A DNA stretch of 64,000 bases, taken from assembly GCA_900753325.1 (NCBI GenBank), contig CAADYO010000009.1:151514-215513 (forward strand), given 5' to 3'. The stretch's first letter is position 1, and each line of letters opens with the position of its first letter. The notes below the pieces were generated by a model that was given only the letters and a program-made list of their open reading frames with translations, did no database searches and was not told the DNA's origin. The stretch comes from Bacilli bacterium (GTDB lineage Bacteria > Bacillota_I > Bacilli_A > RF39 > UBA660). Below, piece after piece: positions 50,160 through 59,835 of the stretch. A program made the position numbers and the translations under genes.

Positions 50160-52538
50160 ATGTTTGATAGGATTGTTTATATTAGTGATCATTCAGCAAA
50201 CGTCAAGTTAGTTGACGGTTTTAATGTTGCGATGAATTTAATGAACTTGCATATTATTTTTGAGGATAGTACGAAGAAAATATTAGGAGAAGTTGATGAT
50301 TTAGATGGCAATCTTGTCCGTGTTAGGTTTTTAGGTGAAATTGTTAATGGTAAACTGTTGGGTGGTGTAATTCGCAAACCTTCTTTAGATGCTAAAATCA
50401 GAGTTATTGAGCAAAATGAAATTCCTATGATTTGTGGAAGTGATGCTCAAGGTTATTTGAAACTTGGTGTTAGTCCTTTCTATAACGATTATCCCGTTTT
50501 CTTAGATGTTAATAATTTTTTTAGTAACCATTTCGCAATATTTGGTAATTCTGGTTCTGGTAAAAGTTGTGGAATTTCAAGACTATTCCAAAATATGTTT
50601 CAGGATCAAAGATTATTTCCATATAAGGCTAATATAATTTTATTTGATTCATCAGGTGAGTATTATAATGCTTTTAAAGATATAAATAACATTAATTCAA
50701 ACTATCATTATCGTTTTTATAGTACTAATGAGGTTGAAAGTAAAGGAGAAAAATTAAGAGTACCAATATTTTTACTTAATGAAAGTGATTTGGCCTTATT
50801 ATTACAAGCTACTAATCATTCTCAGTTGCCTATTATTGAGAGAATGTTAAAGCTAGCATTAATTTTTTCACAAACGGATGTTGATGCTAATAAATATAAG
50901 AATCATTTAATAGCTAAAGCTATAATGACAGTTTTATATACTAATGAAACTTCTCCTAATAAGAGAAATGAAATTTTTTCAATACTTGCTAGTTGTTCTA
51001 CTCCAGAGTTTAATTTAGAGGCTGTTGTACAAGGTGTTGGTTATACTAGAAAATTCAGAGAGTGTTTCTTAATAGATAGTCAGGGACAATTTTCGGAGAG
51101 TGTTTTATTAACTGAGTATGTTTCTTCATTTATTAAGAATGAATATGATAACTATGAGCCTAAAACTGGGGTTTATTATACTTTGGATACTTTGGAAAAG
51201 GCTTTAAACTTTACTTTGATTAGTGAAGGTTGGCTAAGAAATGAAAATACATATGGTGATGCAGTTACTATTAAAGTTAGATTGCATTCATTAATAGTTG
51301 GAAATAATTCTAAGTACTTTGAGTATCCAGATTTTGTATCTTTAGAGACTTATTTATCTTCAATGTTATTGAATAATGGTAATAAATATCAAATTGTTAA
51401 TATTAATTTGGATGATGTTGATGATGATTTTGCTAAAGTAATTACTAAAATTTATTCTAGACTTATTTTTGAGTTTGCTAAGGGTTTGAAAGAACGGGCT
51501 AGTATACCTTTTCATATAGTTGTTGAAGAGGCTCATAGGTATATTCAAAATGATACTGATAGATTCTTAATTGGTTATAATATATTTGAACGTATTGCTA
51601 AAGAGGGTCGTAAATATGGTGTTATTTTAGGCCTTATTTCACAAAGACCTGTTGAATTGTCTGATACGGTTATTTCCCAATGCTCTAATTTCTTAATATT
51701 TAAAATGAATCATCCAGTTGATGTTGACTATATTAGAAAGATGGTTCCTAATATTAGTGATGAAATTGTTGAAAAGCAAAAAACTTTACAGTCTGGTACG
51801 TGTTTAGGTTTTGGTATGGCTTTTAGAATACCTTTAATAGTTAAAATGGAAATGCCTAATCCAGCTCCATGGAGTGGCAACTGTGATGTTGTTTCTATTT
51901 GGAATGGAAATGGTATTGCAAGTAATAATGTTAATAACAGTGTTAATAATAAAACAGAGGCTATTCCTGTTACTACTTCTCAAACTAGTACTGCTGCTAG
52001 TCCTGTTCAAAATATAAATACAAATATTCCTGTTAATCCATTTTTAGAGAATAATGATGGTCAACAAACTGTTAGCAATGCAGGAAATGTTTCTATTCCT
52101 AATACTGCTAATAATAGTTTTTTTAATCAAACTAATGTAGTTAATAATTCTGTTAATAATACTAACAGTAATATGACTGATGATTTGTTGCAAACAACTG
52201 GTAGTAATCCAATTCCAACAATTGGTGGCTATAGTTTAGATAATCAACTAGTTAAATCTGCTTTACCTGATTTTGCTACTCCAAGCAGAGATAAAACAGC
52301 AGAATCTTTTAACCCTAATCAATTTTTAAATGTACCTAGTGCATTAGATATGGTTGCTAACCAAAGTACTGTTGCTCCTACTGTAAAACTTGAAAATAAT
52401 ACTGATGATTATGGAAGTGTTAGAATAGCTCCTCCTGTTGAAAATAATCCTTCTCAACCTTCTAACAATATGCAAAATAATTCTTCAGTTGTTCCAAGGA
52501 CAGACAGTGGAATACCTTTAATTAATTTGGTAGAATAA
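50160..52538 (+). CDS. HerA/FtsK-superfamily (DUF87-like) P-loop ATPase with a long N/S/T/Q-rich C-terminal tail
   Basis: N-terminal barrel-like region. Walker A FGNSGSGKSCG. Walker B/DEAH-like HIVVEEAHRY. EGRKYGVILGLISQRP arginine-finger block. The last about 220 aa are low-complexity (NNVNNSVNN..., TSQTSTAASP...). Confidence 0.7.
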   Translation: MFDRIVYISDHSANVKLVDGFNVAMNLMNLHIIFEDSTKKILGEVDDLDGNLVRVRFLGEIVNGKLLGGVIRKPSLDAKIRVIEQNEIPMICGSDAQGYLKLGVSPFYNDYPVFLDVNNFFSNHFAIFGNSGSGKSCGISRLFQNMFQDQRLFPYKANIILFDSSGEYYNAFKDINNINSNYHYRFYSTNEVESKGEKLRVPIFLLNESDLALLLQATNHSQLPIIERMLKLALIFSQTDVDANKYKNHLIAKAIMTVLYTNETSPNKRNEIFSILASCSTPEFNLEAVVQGVGYTRKFRECFLIDSQGQFSESVLLTEYVSSFIKNEYDNYEPKTGVYYTLDTLEKALNFTLISEGWLRNENTYGDAVTIKVRLHSLIVGNNSKYFEYPDFVSLETYLSSMLLNNGNKYQIVNINLDDVDDDFAKVITKIYSRLIFEFAKGLKERASIPFHIVVEEAHRYIQNDTDRFLIGYNIFERIAKEGRKYGVILGLISQRPVELSDTVISQCSNFLIFKMNHPVDVDYIRKMVPNISDEIVEKQKTLQSGTCLGFGMAFRIPLIVKMEMPNPAPWSGNCDVVSIWNGNGIASNNVNNSVNNKTEAIPVTTSQTSTAASPVQNINTNIPVNPFLENNDGQQTVSNAGNVSIPNTANNSFFNQTNVVNNSVNNTNSNMTDDLLQTTGSNPIPTIGGYSLDNQLVKSALPDFATPSRDKTAESFNPNQFLNVPSALDMVANQSTVAPTVKLENNTDDYGSVRIAPPVENNPSQPSNNMQNNSSVVPRTDSGIPLINLVE

Positions 52539-52625
52539 GGATATATGTTACTATATCTTTATTTTTTTTCTACAAAAGCTTTTAATATTTTACTTTTTTA
52601 TTTATAATTAATATTGGTGATATAT

Positions 52626-53933
52626 ATGTTTGAAAGTTTAGGAGACAGATTACAAAACGCATTACATAAAATAAAAGGTTATGGAAAAATCACAGAAGAT
52701 AATATTTCTGATATGATGCGTGAGATTAGATTAGCTTTGCTTGAAGCTGATGTTAATTATAAGGTGGTTAAAGAATTTACTAATTCAGTTAAAGAAAAGG
52801 CACTTGGCGAAGAAGTTGCTAGCAGTATTAATCCTGGCGACCTATTTGTTAAAATTGTAAAGGATGAATTAGTTGAATTATTAGGTGGAGAGAGTAAGCC
52901 TTTAAATTTAAATGGTAATCCGGCTACGTTGATGTTAGTTGGTTTACAAGGCTCTGGTAAGACAACAACTATTGCAAAACTTTCTAATTTTTTACGAAAG
53001 AAACATGCAAAGAAACCTTTATTAGTAGCTTGTGACGTTTATAGACCAGCAGCAATTGATCAGTTAAAACAATTAGGTAAGCAATTAAATATAGAGGTTT
53101 ATGAAGAAGGTAAATCTGATCCTGTTGAAATTGCTAAAAATGCTATTTCATATGCTAAACAGAATGGATATGATTATGTTTTGGTTGATACCGCTGGTAG
53201 ACTTCATATTGATGAGGAATTAATGGATGAATTAGTTAACATTAAAAATGCTATTAATCCTGATGAAATATTATTAGTAATTGATGCTATGATGGGACAG
53301 GATGCTATTAATGTAATTACTGGATTTAATGATAAACTACCTTTGACCGGTGTTATTTTAACTAAATTAGATGGTGATACTAAAGGTGGAGTAGCTTTAT
53401 CTGTTAGACATCTAACGAATGTTCCAATAAAGTTTATTGGTGTTTCTGAAAAATTAGATGGTTTGGACTTCTTTGATCCAGAACGTGCTGCTGGTAGAAT
53501 TCTTGGAATGGGTGATATCGTTTCTTTAGTTGAAAAGGCAACAGAGGCAATAGATGAAAAAGAAGCTGAAAAAGCTGCTAAAAGAATGCAGCAAGGAAAA
53601 TTTGATTTGGAAGATTTTTTATCAACAATGAAGCAAGTTAAAAAATTAGGACCCTTAGAAAACTTATTGAAACTTGTTCCTGGTGCCAAGAAGATGGGAC
53701 TTTCTGATGTTAAAATTGATCCAAAACAGATGGCACATATTGAAGCTATTGTATTATCAATGACTCCTAAGGAAAGAAGAAATCCAGAAATTATAAAAGC
53801 TAGTCGTAAGACTAGAATCGCCAATGGTTCTGGTACTTCTGTACAAGAAGTTAATAAATTACTTCAACAATTTGACCAAATGAAAAAAATGATGAAACAA
53901 ATGTCAAATGGAAATATGAAGTTACCTTTTTAG
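52626..53933 (+). CDS. ffh: Signal recognition particle protein Ffh
   Basis: MFESLGDRLQ N-terminus; GLQGSGKTTT, DTAGR and TKLDGDTKGG motifs; M-domain. RBS GGTGA before the ATG at 52626. Confidence 0.95.
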   Translation: MFESLGDRLQNALHKIKGYGKITEDNISDMMREIRLALLEADVNYKVVKEFTNSVKEKALGEEVASSINPGDLFVKIVKDELVELLGGESKPLNLNGNPATLMLVGLQGSGKTTTIAKLSNFLRKKHAKKPLLVACDVYRPAAIDQLKQLGKQLNIEVYEEGKSDPVEIAKNAISYAKQNGYDYVLVDTAGRLHIDEELMDELVNIKNAINPDEILLVIDAMMGQDAINVITGFNDKLPLTGVILTKLDGDTKGGVALSVRHLTNVPIKFIGVSEKLDGLDFFDPERAAGRILGMGDIVSLVEKATEAIDEKEAEKAAKRMQQGKFDLEDFLSTMKQVKKLGPLENLLKLVPGAKKMGLSDVKIDPKQMAHIEAIVLSMTPKERRNPEIIKASRKTRIANGSGTSVQEVNKLLQQFDQMKKMMKQMSNGNMKLPF

Positions 53934-53958
53934 TACTAGTTAATTAGTACTTTTTTTA
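53932..53958 (+). terminator. Rho-independent terminator after ffh
   Basis: agtacta-gttaat-tagtact hairpin followed by T7. Confidence 0.6.
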
Positions 53959-54019
53959 GGCATTAATAGTAGCTAAAAATACCTTTTATCATAAGATAGA
54001 TTAGAGGAGGTATTTTATT

Positions 54020-54358
54020 ATGTTTGATCCAAATATGAATATGCCAAATTTTGACTTTGATAGTAATGTTGTTGGAAATAATAATGTAGTTGATAATGAT
54101 ATGAATGTAGACATTAATATGATGGGTTATCAAAATATGCCACAATCATCTGGTTGTTGTTCTAATCCAGTAAATGAGGCTGTTCAAGAAAAATGTATTC
54201 ATAGAACTATAGTACATGAAGTACCACATGTTTGTCCAATACATACTAGAATAATTAATCATCATGTATATAAACATACTTATAGACCAGCTTATTCTTG
54301 CTCAGAAGAAAATACTGTAAGTAATGTTCAAGTTGGCTCTTGTTGTCAATTTAGATAA
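54020..54358 (+). CDS. Spore coat protein CotD-family protein
   Basis: RBS GAGGAGG. His/Val/Pro-rich repeats (IHRTIVHEVPHVCPIHTRIINHHVYKHTYRP) and Cys pairs (GCC, SCC). Confidence 0.6.
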   Translation: MFDPNMNMPNFDFDSNVVGNNNVVDNDMNVDINMMGYQNMPQSSGCCSNPVNEAVQEKCIHRTIVHEVPHVCPIHTRIINHHVYKHTYRPAYSCSEENTVSNVQVGSCCQFR

Positions 54359-54386
54359 GACTAGTAATAGTCTTTTTCTTTTTTTA
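54358..54386 (+). terminator. Terminator hairpin, copy 1 of a 21-nt repeat (AGACTAGTAATAGTCTTTTT)
   Basis: agacta-gtaa-tagtct followed by a T-run. Identical to the copy after mgtA. Confidence 0.5.
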
Positions 54387-54416
54387 GTGTTATACTTTAA
54401 TGTAAAGGTGATAGTT

Positions 54417-57041
54417 ATGATACAAATATTTGATATAGCCAAAAAAAGAAAAAGTTTAAAAAGTGATGATACAAAAATATTTAATAAATATCTTGAGGAG
54501 TCTAAGGCTTGTGTAGATGAAGAATTTGAGAAATATGCTACATCTACATCTGGTCTAACTAGCAAAGAAAGTAAAATTAGATTTAATAAATCTGGTCCTA
54601 ATGTTGTAATTAAAGATGATAAGAAGAGTCCAGTTTATTTTCTTTTTATGTCTTTTAAGGATGAATTTATTATTATTTTGTTGTTTTTGGCAGTAATTAA
54701 TTTCTTTTTAGGAGATAAACTTGGGTCAATAATCATTGTTGTTATTGCTTTTATAAGTGCTTTTATTAGATTTATTCAGGATTATTCAGTGTATAAATTT
54801 AATAGAAGACTAAAAGCGCGTATTTATTCAACTGTAACTGTTGTTAGAGATGGTGTTGATAGAGAAATAAAGATTGAAAATGTTGTAGTTGGTGATATTG
54901 TTAGACTTAATGCTGGTACCATTATTCCAGCTGATTTAAGAATAGTTGAGTCTAAAGATTTGTTTCTTAATCAGTCAGTTTTTACTGGTGAGAGTGTTTT
55001 GATAGAAAAAACTACTATAAATTCAGTTGAGTCTAAAGAAATATTTAATATTAATAATATTTGTTTAATGGGTACTTCTGTAGTTAGTGGTAAAGGTACT
55101 GGAATTGTTATAGCAACTGGTTTTAACACATATTTAGGAAAAGTTGGTAATGAAGTTGATAGTAAAAAAGTTCCAACTAACTTTGACAAAGGCATTAAGA
55201 ATATATCTAATTTGTTAATAAGATATATGGTTGTTGTATGCTTGGTGGTAATAATTATAGATGGACTTATTAAGGGAAGTATTAGTGAAGCTTTACTTTT
55301 TGCTTTATCTGTTGCTGTTGGTATAACACCAAGTATGTTACCAATGATTTTGAATGTTAATCTTACAAAGGGTAGTAGAAGTTTGGCTAATAAAAAGACA
55401 CTTGTAAAAAAGATTGAGGCAATTCAAAATTTAGGATCTATTGATATTTTATGTACTGATAAGACGGGTACTCTTACGGAAAATAAAATTATTTTACAGA
55501 AGTATATTGATGCTAGTGGGAAAGAAAATAATAGTATTTTGGAATATGCTTATTTAAATAGTTATTATAGTACTGGAATTAAAAATTTAGTCGATAATGC
55601 AATTATTGTATATGGAAATGAACATGCAATAGATGAGAATATTAAAAAGTATGAAAAAATTGATGAAATTCCATTTGATTATACTAGAAAGAAACAAAGT
55701 GTTGTTGTTAGAAATAAATCACTATATAGAATGATAACTAAAGGTGCACTTGAGGAAATAATTAATGATTGTGATATGGTTAAAATTGCAGGTAAGAGGG
55801 TAGAAATTACTGATGATATTAAAAATATAATTAAAGATAGAGCAGTAGAACTTGCTAATACTGGTATGCAGGTTATTGCTCTTGCTGAGAAGCAAAGTTA
55901 CCCTGGAAAAGAATTATTTAATGCGTCATGTGAAAAGAATATGACTTTTGTGGGATTTGTCGGATTTTTAGATCCTCCTAAAAGCGATGTTAAAGCTACC
56001 TTATTAAAATTAAATAAAATAAATGTTAAGACTAAAATATTAACTGGTGATAATCCATATGCTACTAGAAATATATGCAATATGGTTGGTTTAAATGGTA
56101 ATGATATATTACTTGGGTGTGATATAGATAAAATGTCTGATGAAGAATTGTTGAAAAGGATAGAATCTGTAGATGTTTTTGCGAGAATGAATCCTTTGCA
56201 AAAAGAAAGAATTGTAGAATTATATAAAAAGAATGGTCATGTTGTTGGCTATATGGGTGATGGTGTTAATGATGCTCCCTCTCTTAGTAAGGCGGATGTT
56301 GGTATTTCTGTTAATAGTGCTACTTCAATTGCAAAAGAAGCTAGTGAAATAATAATATTGAAACAAAGTCTGAAGGTTGTTTATGATGGTGTATTGGAGG
56401 GGAGGAGAGTCTATGCTAATATTATTAAATATATGAAGATGGCTTTAAGTGCTGACTTTGGTGATGTTTTTAGTATTATGATTGCCAGTATATTTTTACC
56501 ATTTTTACCATTGTTACCTATACAAATGCTTCTTCAAGACTTTATATATGATTTTTCACAAATTGGAATTCCTTATGATAATGTTGACGATGAATTTTTA
56601 GTAAAAAGTAAAAAATGGGATACTAAAAGTATTTCTAGGTTTATGCAAATTATGGGTATTACAAGTTCTTTAATTGATGTGTTCTCTTTTATTATTTTTT
56701 GGTTTATATTTAAGTATAATAGTGTTGATAAACAAGCTTATTTTCAAACTGCATGGTTTGTTACATGTTTAATAACGGAGTTAATGATTATTTTTAATGT
56801 TAGAACTTCTAAAAAGCCATTTATAGAATCTAATGCTAGTTTTAAACTTAATATTTTAACATTAGTATCTTTGGTTTTAACTATTTTGACACCAATACTT
56901 TTATGTAATATTAGCACTTTTAATTTTGTTATTTTACCTTTACAGTTTTATTTTTATTTAGTTATTTTAGTTCTTCTTTATTTTATAATAGTTTCAATTA
57001 TTAAAAAATTATATATCAAAAAGTATGGTGAATGGTTATAG
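54417..57041 (+). CDS. mgtA: Magnesium-transporting P-type ATPase (MgtA/MgtB-like)
   Basis: CTDKTGTLT phosphorylation site, GDGVNDAPSL, TGD, 10 TM. Length (about 874 aa) and N-terminus match the MgtA type. RBS AAAGGTGA before the ATG at 54417. Confidence 0.75.
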   Translation: MIQIFDIAKKRKSLKSDDTKIFNKYLEESKACVDEEFEKYATSTSGLTSKESKIRFNKSGPNVVIKDDKKSPVYFLFMSFKDEFIIILLFLAVINFFLGDKLGSIIIVVIAFISAFIRFIQDYSVYKFNRRLKARIYSTVTVVRDGVDREIKIENVVVGDIVRLNAGTIIPADLRIVESKDLFLNQSVFTGESVLIEKTTINSVESKEIFNINNICLMGTSVVSGKGTGIVIATGFNTYLGKVGNEVDSKKVPTNFDKGIKNISNLLIRYMVVVCLVVIIIDGLIKGSISEALLFALSVAVGITPSMLPMILNVNLTKGSRSLANKKTLVKKIEAIQNLGSIDILCTDKTGTLTENKIILQKYIDASGKENNSILEYAYLNSYYSTGIKNLVDNAIIVYGNEHAIDENIKKYEKIDEIPFDYTRKKQSVVVRNKSLYRMITKGALEEIINDCDMVKIAGKRVEITDDIKNIIKDRAVELANTGMQVIALAEKQSYPGKELFNASCEKNMTFVGFVGFLDPPKSDVKATLLKLNKINVKTKILTGDNPYATRNICNMVGLNGNDILLGCDIDKMSDEELLKRIESVDVFARMNPLQKERIVELYKKNGHVVGYMGDGVNDAPSLSKADVGISVNSATSIAKEASEIIILKQSLKVVYDGVLEGRRVYANIIKYMKMALSADFGDVFSIMIASIFLPFLPLLPIQMLLQDFIYDFSQIGIPYDNVDDEFLVKSKKWDTKSISRFMQIMGITSSLIDVFSFIIFWFIFKYNSVDKQAYFQTAWFVTCLITELMIIFNVRTSKKPFIESNASFKLNILTLVSLVLTILTPILLCNISTFNFVILPLQFYFYLVILVLLYFIIVSIIKKLYIKKYGEWL

Positions 57042-57049
57042 TATATATG

Positions 57050-57073
57050 AGACTAGTAATAGTCTTTTTTCTT
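57050..57073 (+). terminator. Terminator hairpin, copy 2 of the 21-nt repeat
   Basis: Identical agactagtaatagtcttttt sequence. Confidence 0.5.
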
Positions 57074-57100
57074 GTGATATAATCTTATTGGTGATTAGTT

Positions 57101-57769
57101 ATGAATAAATATTATGAAGCTTATGATAAAAGATATAAGCAAGTTCATGAAAATAATTTATCTTGGTCTTCTAACAATCCTACCAAAAAAGTTATTGATA
57201 CTTTAAATAAATATTTATCAGAACGTGATATTAAAATTTTAGAGATTGGTTGTGGAGAGGGAAGGGATGCTAGATATTTATTGGGACTTGGTTATAATGT
57301 TTTAGCAACTGATATTTCACCTGAGGCTATTTCTTATTGTATTGAAAAAGATAGTAATCATGCTTCGTCTTATAAGGTTTTAAATGCTTGTAATGATGAT
57401 TCTAGTATTGATACTTTTGATTTTATATATTCAATTGCTTGTCTACATATGTTGGTTGATGATACTGATAGAAAAAGGTATCTTACTTTTATTAAAAATC
57501 ATTTGAAGAAAAATGGTGTTGGACTTATTTTGACACTTGGTGATGGAAAAAAAGAAATGTCTTCTGATATAACAGAAGCTTTTAATGATTCGGAGAGAGT
57601 TCATGCGGAAACGGGGAAGAAATTAAATATTGCGACTACGTCTTGTAGAGTAGTTAGTTTTAAATATTTGTTTCAGGAACTTGAAAGTTGTGGTTTTGAG
57701 GTTGTTGAATCTGGTATTACTAGTGTTGAACCTGATTTTAGGGAGATTATGTATGTTATTGTTAGGTGA
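57101..57769 (+). CDS. Class I SAM-dependent methyltransferase
   Basis: ILEIGCGEGRDARYL (motif I) and NVLATDISPEAI (motif II). Confidence 0.8.
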   Translation: MNKYYEAYDKRYKQVHENNLSWSSNNPTKKVIDTLNKYLSERDIKILEIGCGEGRDARYLLGLGYNVLATDISPEAISYCIEKDSNHASSYKVLNACNDDSSIDTFDFIYSIACLHMLVDDTDRKRYLTFIKNHLKKNGVGLILTLGDGKKEMSSDITEAFNDSERVHAETGKKLNIATTSCRVVSFKYLFQELESCGFEVVESGITSVEPDFREIMYVIVR

Positions 57770-58698
57770 TAATTGTGAATAAAGATTTTCAGGATTTAAT
57801 AAAAGTTATTTGTAAAAAGAATAATATAAAGTGTCATATTTTATCGTCTAATTGGGTTATGGTTTTAGAAAAAGGAAAAATTAAAAGGTTTATTGTTGGT
57901 TATAAGTTTGATCTTAATAGTCATGCTTTAGGTATGATATTTGATGATAAATATGCTACATATGAACTTTTAAAAATAAATAATATTCCTGTTTGTGAAT
58001 ATAACCTTGTTTATAGTATTAACAATACTAATGATTATGCTATTTCTCATAATGGTTTAGACTATGTTATAGATTTATTTAATAAATACAATGGTGATAT
58101 TGTGTTTAAATCTAATACCGGTACTTGTGGAAGTAATGTAAATAGAATTAATAGTCTTGATGGGCTTATTAAACTATATTCTAATATTTCTTCTCCAAAT
58201 AAATCTTTTAGTATTTGTCCTTTTTATGATATTATTAACGAATATCGTGTAATTGTTTTAAATAATAATATTGAATTAATTTATATGAAGGAAAATCCTA
58301 TTGTATATGGTGATGGTAAGTCTACTATTAAGGAATTATTGGAAGCGTTCAATTATGAATATTTTAAAAATGTTTATGATGAGTGTTTTGATAGAGTACT
58401 TGCTGTTGATGAGAAGTTTATTTATAGTTGGAAGTTTAATCTATCTACTGGAGCTAGAGCCAATTTTGATATTTCTTCTTCAGATAAGATAAAATTAGAG
58501 AATTTGGTTTGTAAGATGTTTGAAAATATTGATTTTGGTTTTTGTAGTATAGATATTATTAAAACTGTTGAAAATGAGTTCTTGGTGTTGGAAATCAACT
58601 CTGGTGTAATGATGAAGAATTTAATTAAAGAGAATGATTTTGGTTATAATATTGCTAGAGGAATTTATGAAAAGGCTGTATTAGCTCTTTTCTCATAG
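57766..58698 (+). CDS. ATP-grasp fold protein (YheC/D- or RimK-like ligase)
   Basis: 4-nt overlap with the MTase stop. Central ATP-binding region and C-terminal VLEINSGVMMKNL, resembling the ATP-grasp v-l-E-v-N block. Confidence 0.55.
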   Translation: MIIVNKDFQDLIKVICKKNNIKCHILSSNWVMVLEKGKIKRFIVGYKFDLNSHALGMIFDDKYATYELLKINNIPVCEYNLVYSINNTNDYAISHNGLDYVIDLFNKYNGDIVFKSNTGTCGSNVNRINSLDGLIKLYSNISSPNKSFSICPFYDIINEYRVIVLNNNIELIYMKENPIVYGDGKSTIKELLEAFNYEYFKNVYDECFDRVLAVDEKFIYSWKFNLSTGARANFDISSSDKIKLENLVCKMFENIDFGFCSIDIIKTVENEFLVLEINSGVMMKNLIKENDFGYNIARGIYEKAVLALFS

Positions 58699-58807
58699 TA
58701 TGTCAATTTGTCAGTAAATGACATTGTAAAGAAAAGTGTCTAATTTTGTCACATTTATTGATTAATTTATAGTGAAGGTTTATTCTAATAGTAGGGAGTG
58801 TGATACC

Positions 58808-59014
58808 ATGATTTATCCATCCATTGATAAATTGCTAAATATTGTTGATTCTAAGTATGAGCTTGTTCATATTGCTGCAAGAAGAAGTAAACAGATTTCT
58901 AAAGACGGGTATTTACAAATGCCAGAAAGTGAATATAAAAGTAAGAAAAATATTGGCAGAGCCTTAGAAGAAGTGGCAGAAGGATTGATAGAGGTTAAAA
59001 AAGGAGGAAAGTAG
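58808..59014 (+). CDS. rpoZ: DNA-directed RNA polymerase subunit omega
   Basis: MIYPSIDKLLNIVDSKYELVHIAARRSKQI matches RpoZ. RBS AGGGAGTG. Confidence 0.8.
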   Translation: MIYPSIDKLLNIVDSKYELVHIAARRSKQISKDGYLQMPESEYKSKKNIGRALEEVAEGLIEVKKGGK

Positions 59015-59061
59015 ATTCTTCTTTTTTTCTTTGGTATAATGGATTTGGAAGGTGATTTTAC

Positions 59062-59808
59062 TTGAAAATATTAAAATATAAGAAGCTTTCTAATGGAAGA
59101 TATAAACTTGAACTTGATGATGGTAGAGAGTTACAACTATATGAAGAAGTTATTTTAAAATATGAACTATTGCTTACTGGTGAAATAACTTCTGCAAATA
59201 TTGATAGTATTAATGCATACAATAATGAATTGGATGTTTATTATACAGCATTAAAATCTCTTAAGAGTCGATTTAGAAGTTCTTATGAATTAAAAAAATT
59301 ATTGTTGTTGAAACAATATCCTAGTAATTATGTTGAAAAGGCAATTAGCAAGCATGAAAAACAGGGTTATTTAAATGATAGGAGTTTTGCTAGGAGCTAT
59401 ATTAATAATCAAATTATTACCTCTTCTAAAGGGCCTAATAGAATTATTAGAGATTTAATGGATAAGGGTGTTGATAAAAAAATTATTGAGGAAGAAATTT
59501 GTTTGATTGATGAGCAATTACAATTAGAAAGAATCAATAAAATTATTATGCAGTCTCTTAAAAGTAATAGAAATAAGGGTGGAATGGTTTTGAAAAATAA
59601 GATTATTACTAATCTGATAAACTCTGGTTATTCTTATGAAGTTATTAATAAGACTATAGGTGATTATGATTTTTTTAATAATGAAGATATTGCGAAAAGA
59701 GAATATGATAAACTTTATAAGCGTTTAAGTAAAAAGTACTCTGGTGTAGAATTGGAGTATAAAATTAAGGAAAAGCTTTATCAAAAAGGACTTAAATTTG
59801 AAAAATAA
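59062..59808 (+). CDS. recX: Regulatory protein RecX
   Basis: TTG start with a GGAAGGTGA RBS. YKLELDDGRELQLYEEVILKYELLLTGEI N-terminus and three-helix repeat pattern (SYELKKLL..., YLNDRSFARSYI, GPNRIIRDLMDKGV). Confidence 0.75.
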   Translation: MKILKYKKLSNGRYKLELDDGRELQLYEEVILKYELLLTGEITSANIDSINAYNNELDVYYTALKSLKSRFRSSYELKKLLLLKQYPSNYVEKAISKHEKQGYLNDRSFARSYINNQIITSSKGPNRIIRDLMDKGVDKKIIEEEICLIDEQLQLERINKIIMQSLKSNRNKGGMVLKNKIITNLINSGYSYEVINKTIGDYDFFNNEDIAKREYDKLYKRLSKKYSGVELEYKIKEKLYQKGLKFEK

Positions 59809-59835
59809 AAAAAGTTTAGATTATCTAAACTTTTT

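Noticed and set aside
53204-53824. 206-aa minus-strand ORF
   Set aside because: Antisense within ffh. Ser/Ile-rich translation typical of an antisense frame in AT-rich coding DNA.
54359-54416. Looked for an M-box (Mg2+) riboswitch upstream of mgtA
   Set aside because: Only 58 nt separate cotD-like from mgtA, too short for the roughly 160-nt M-box. None present.
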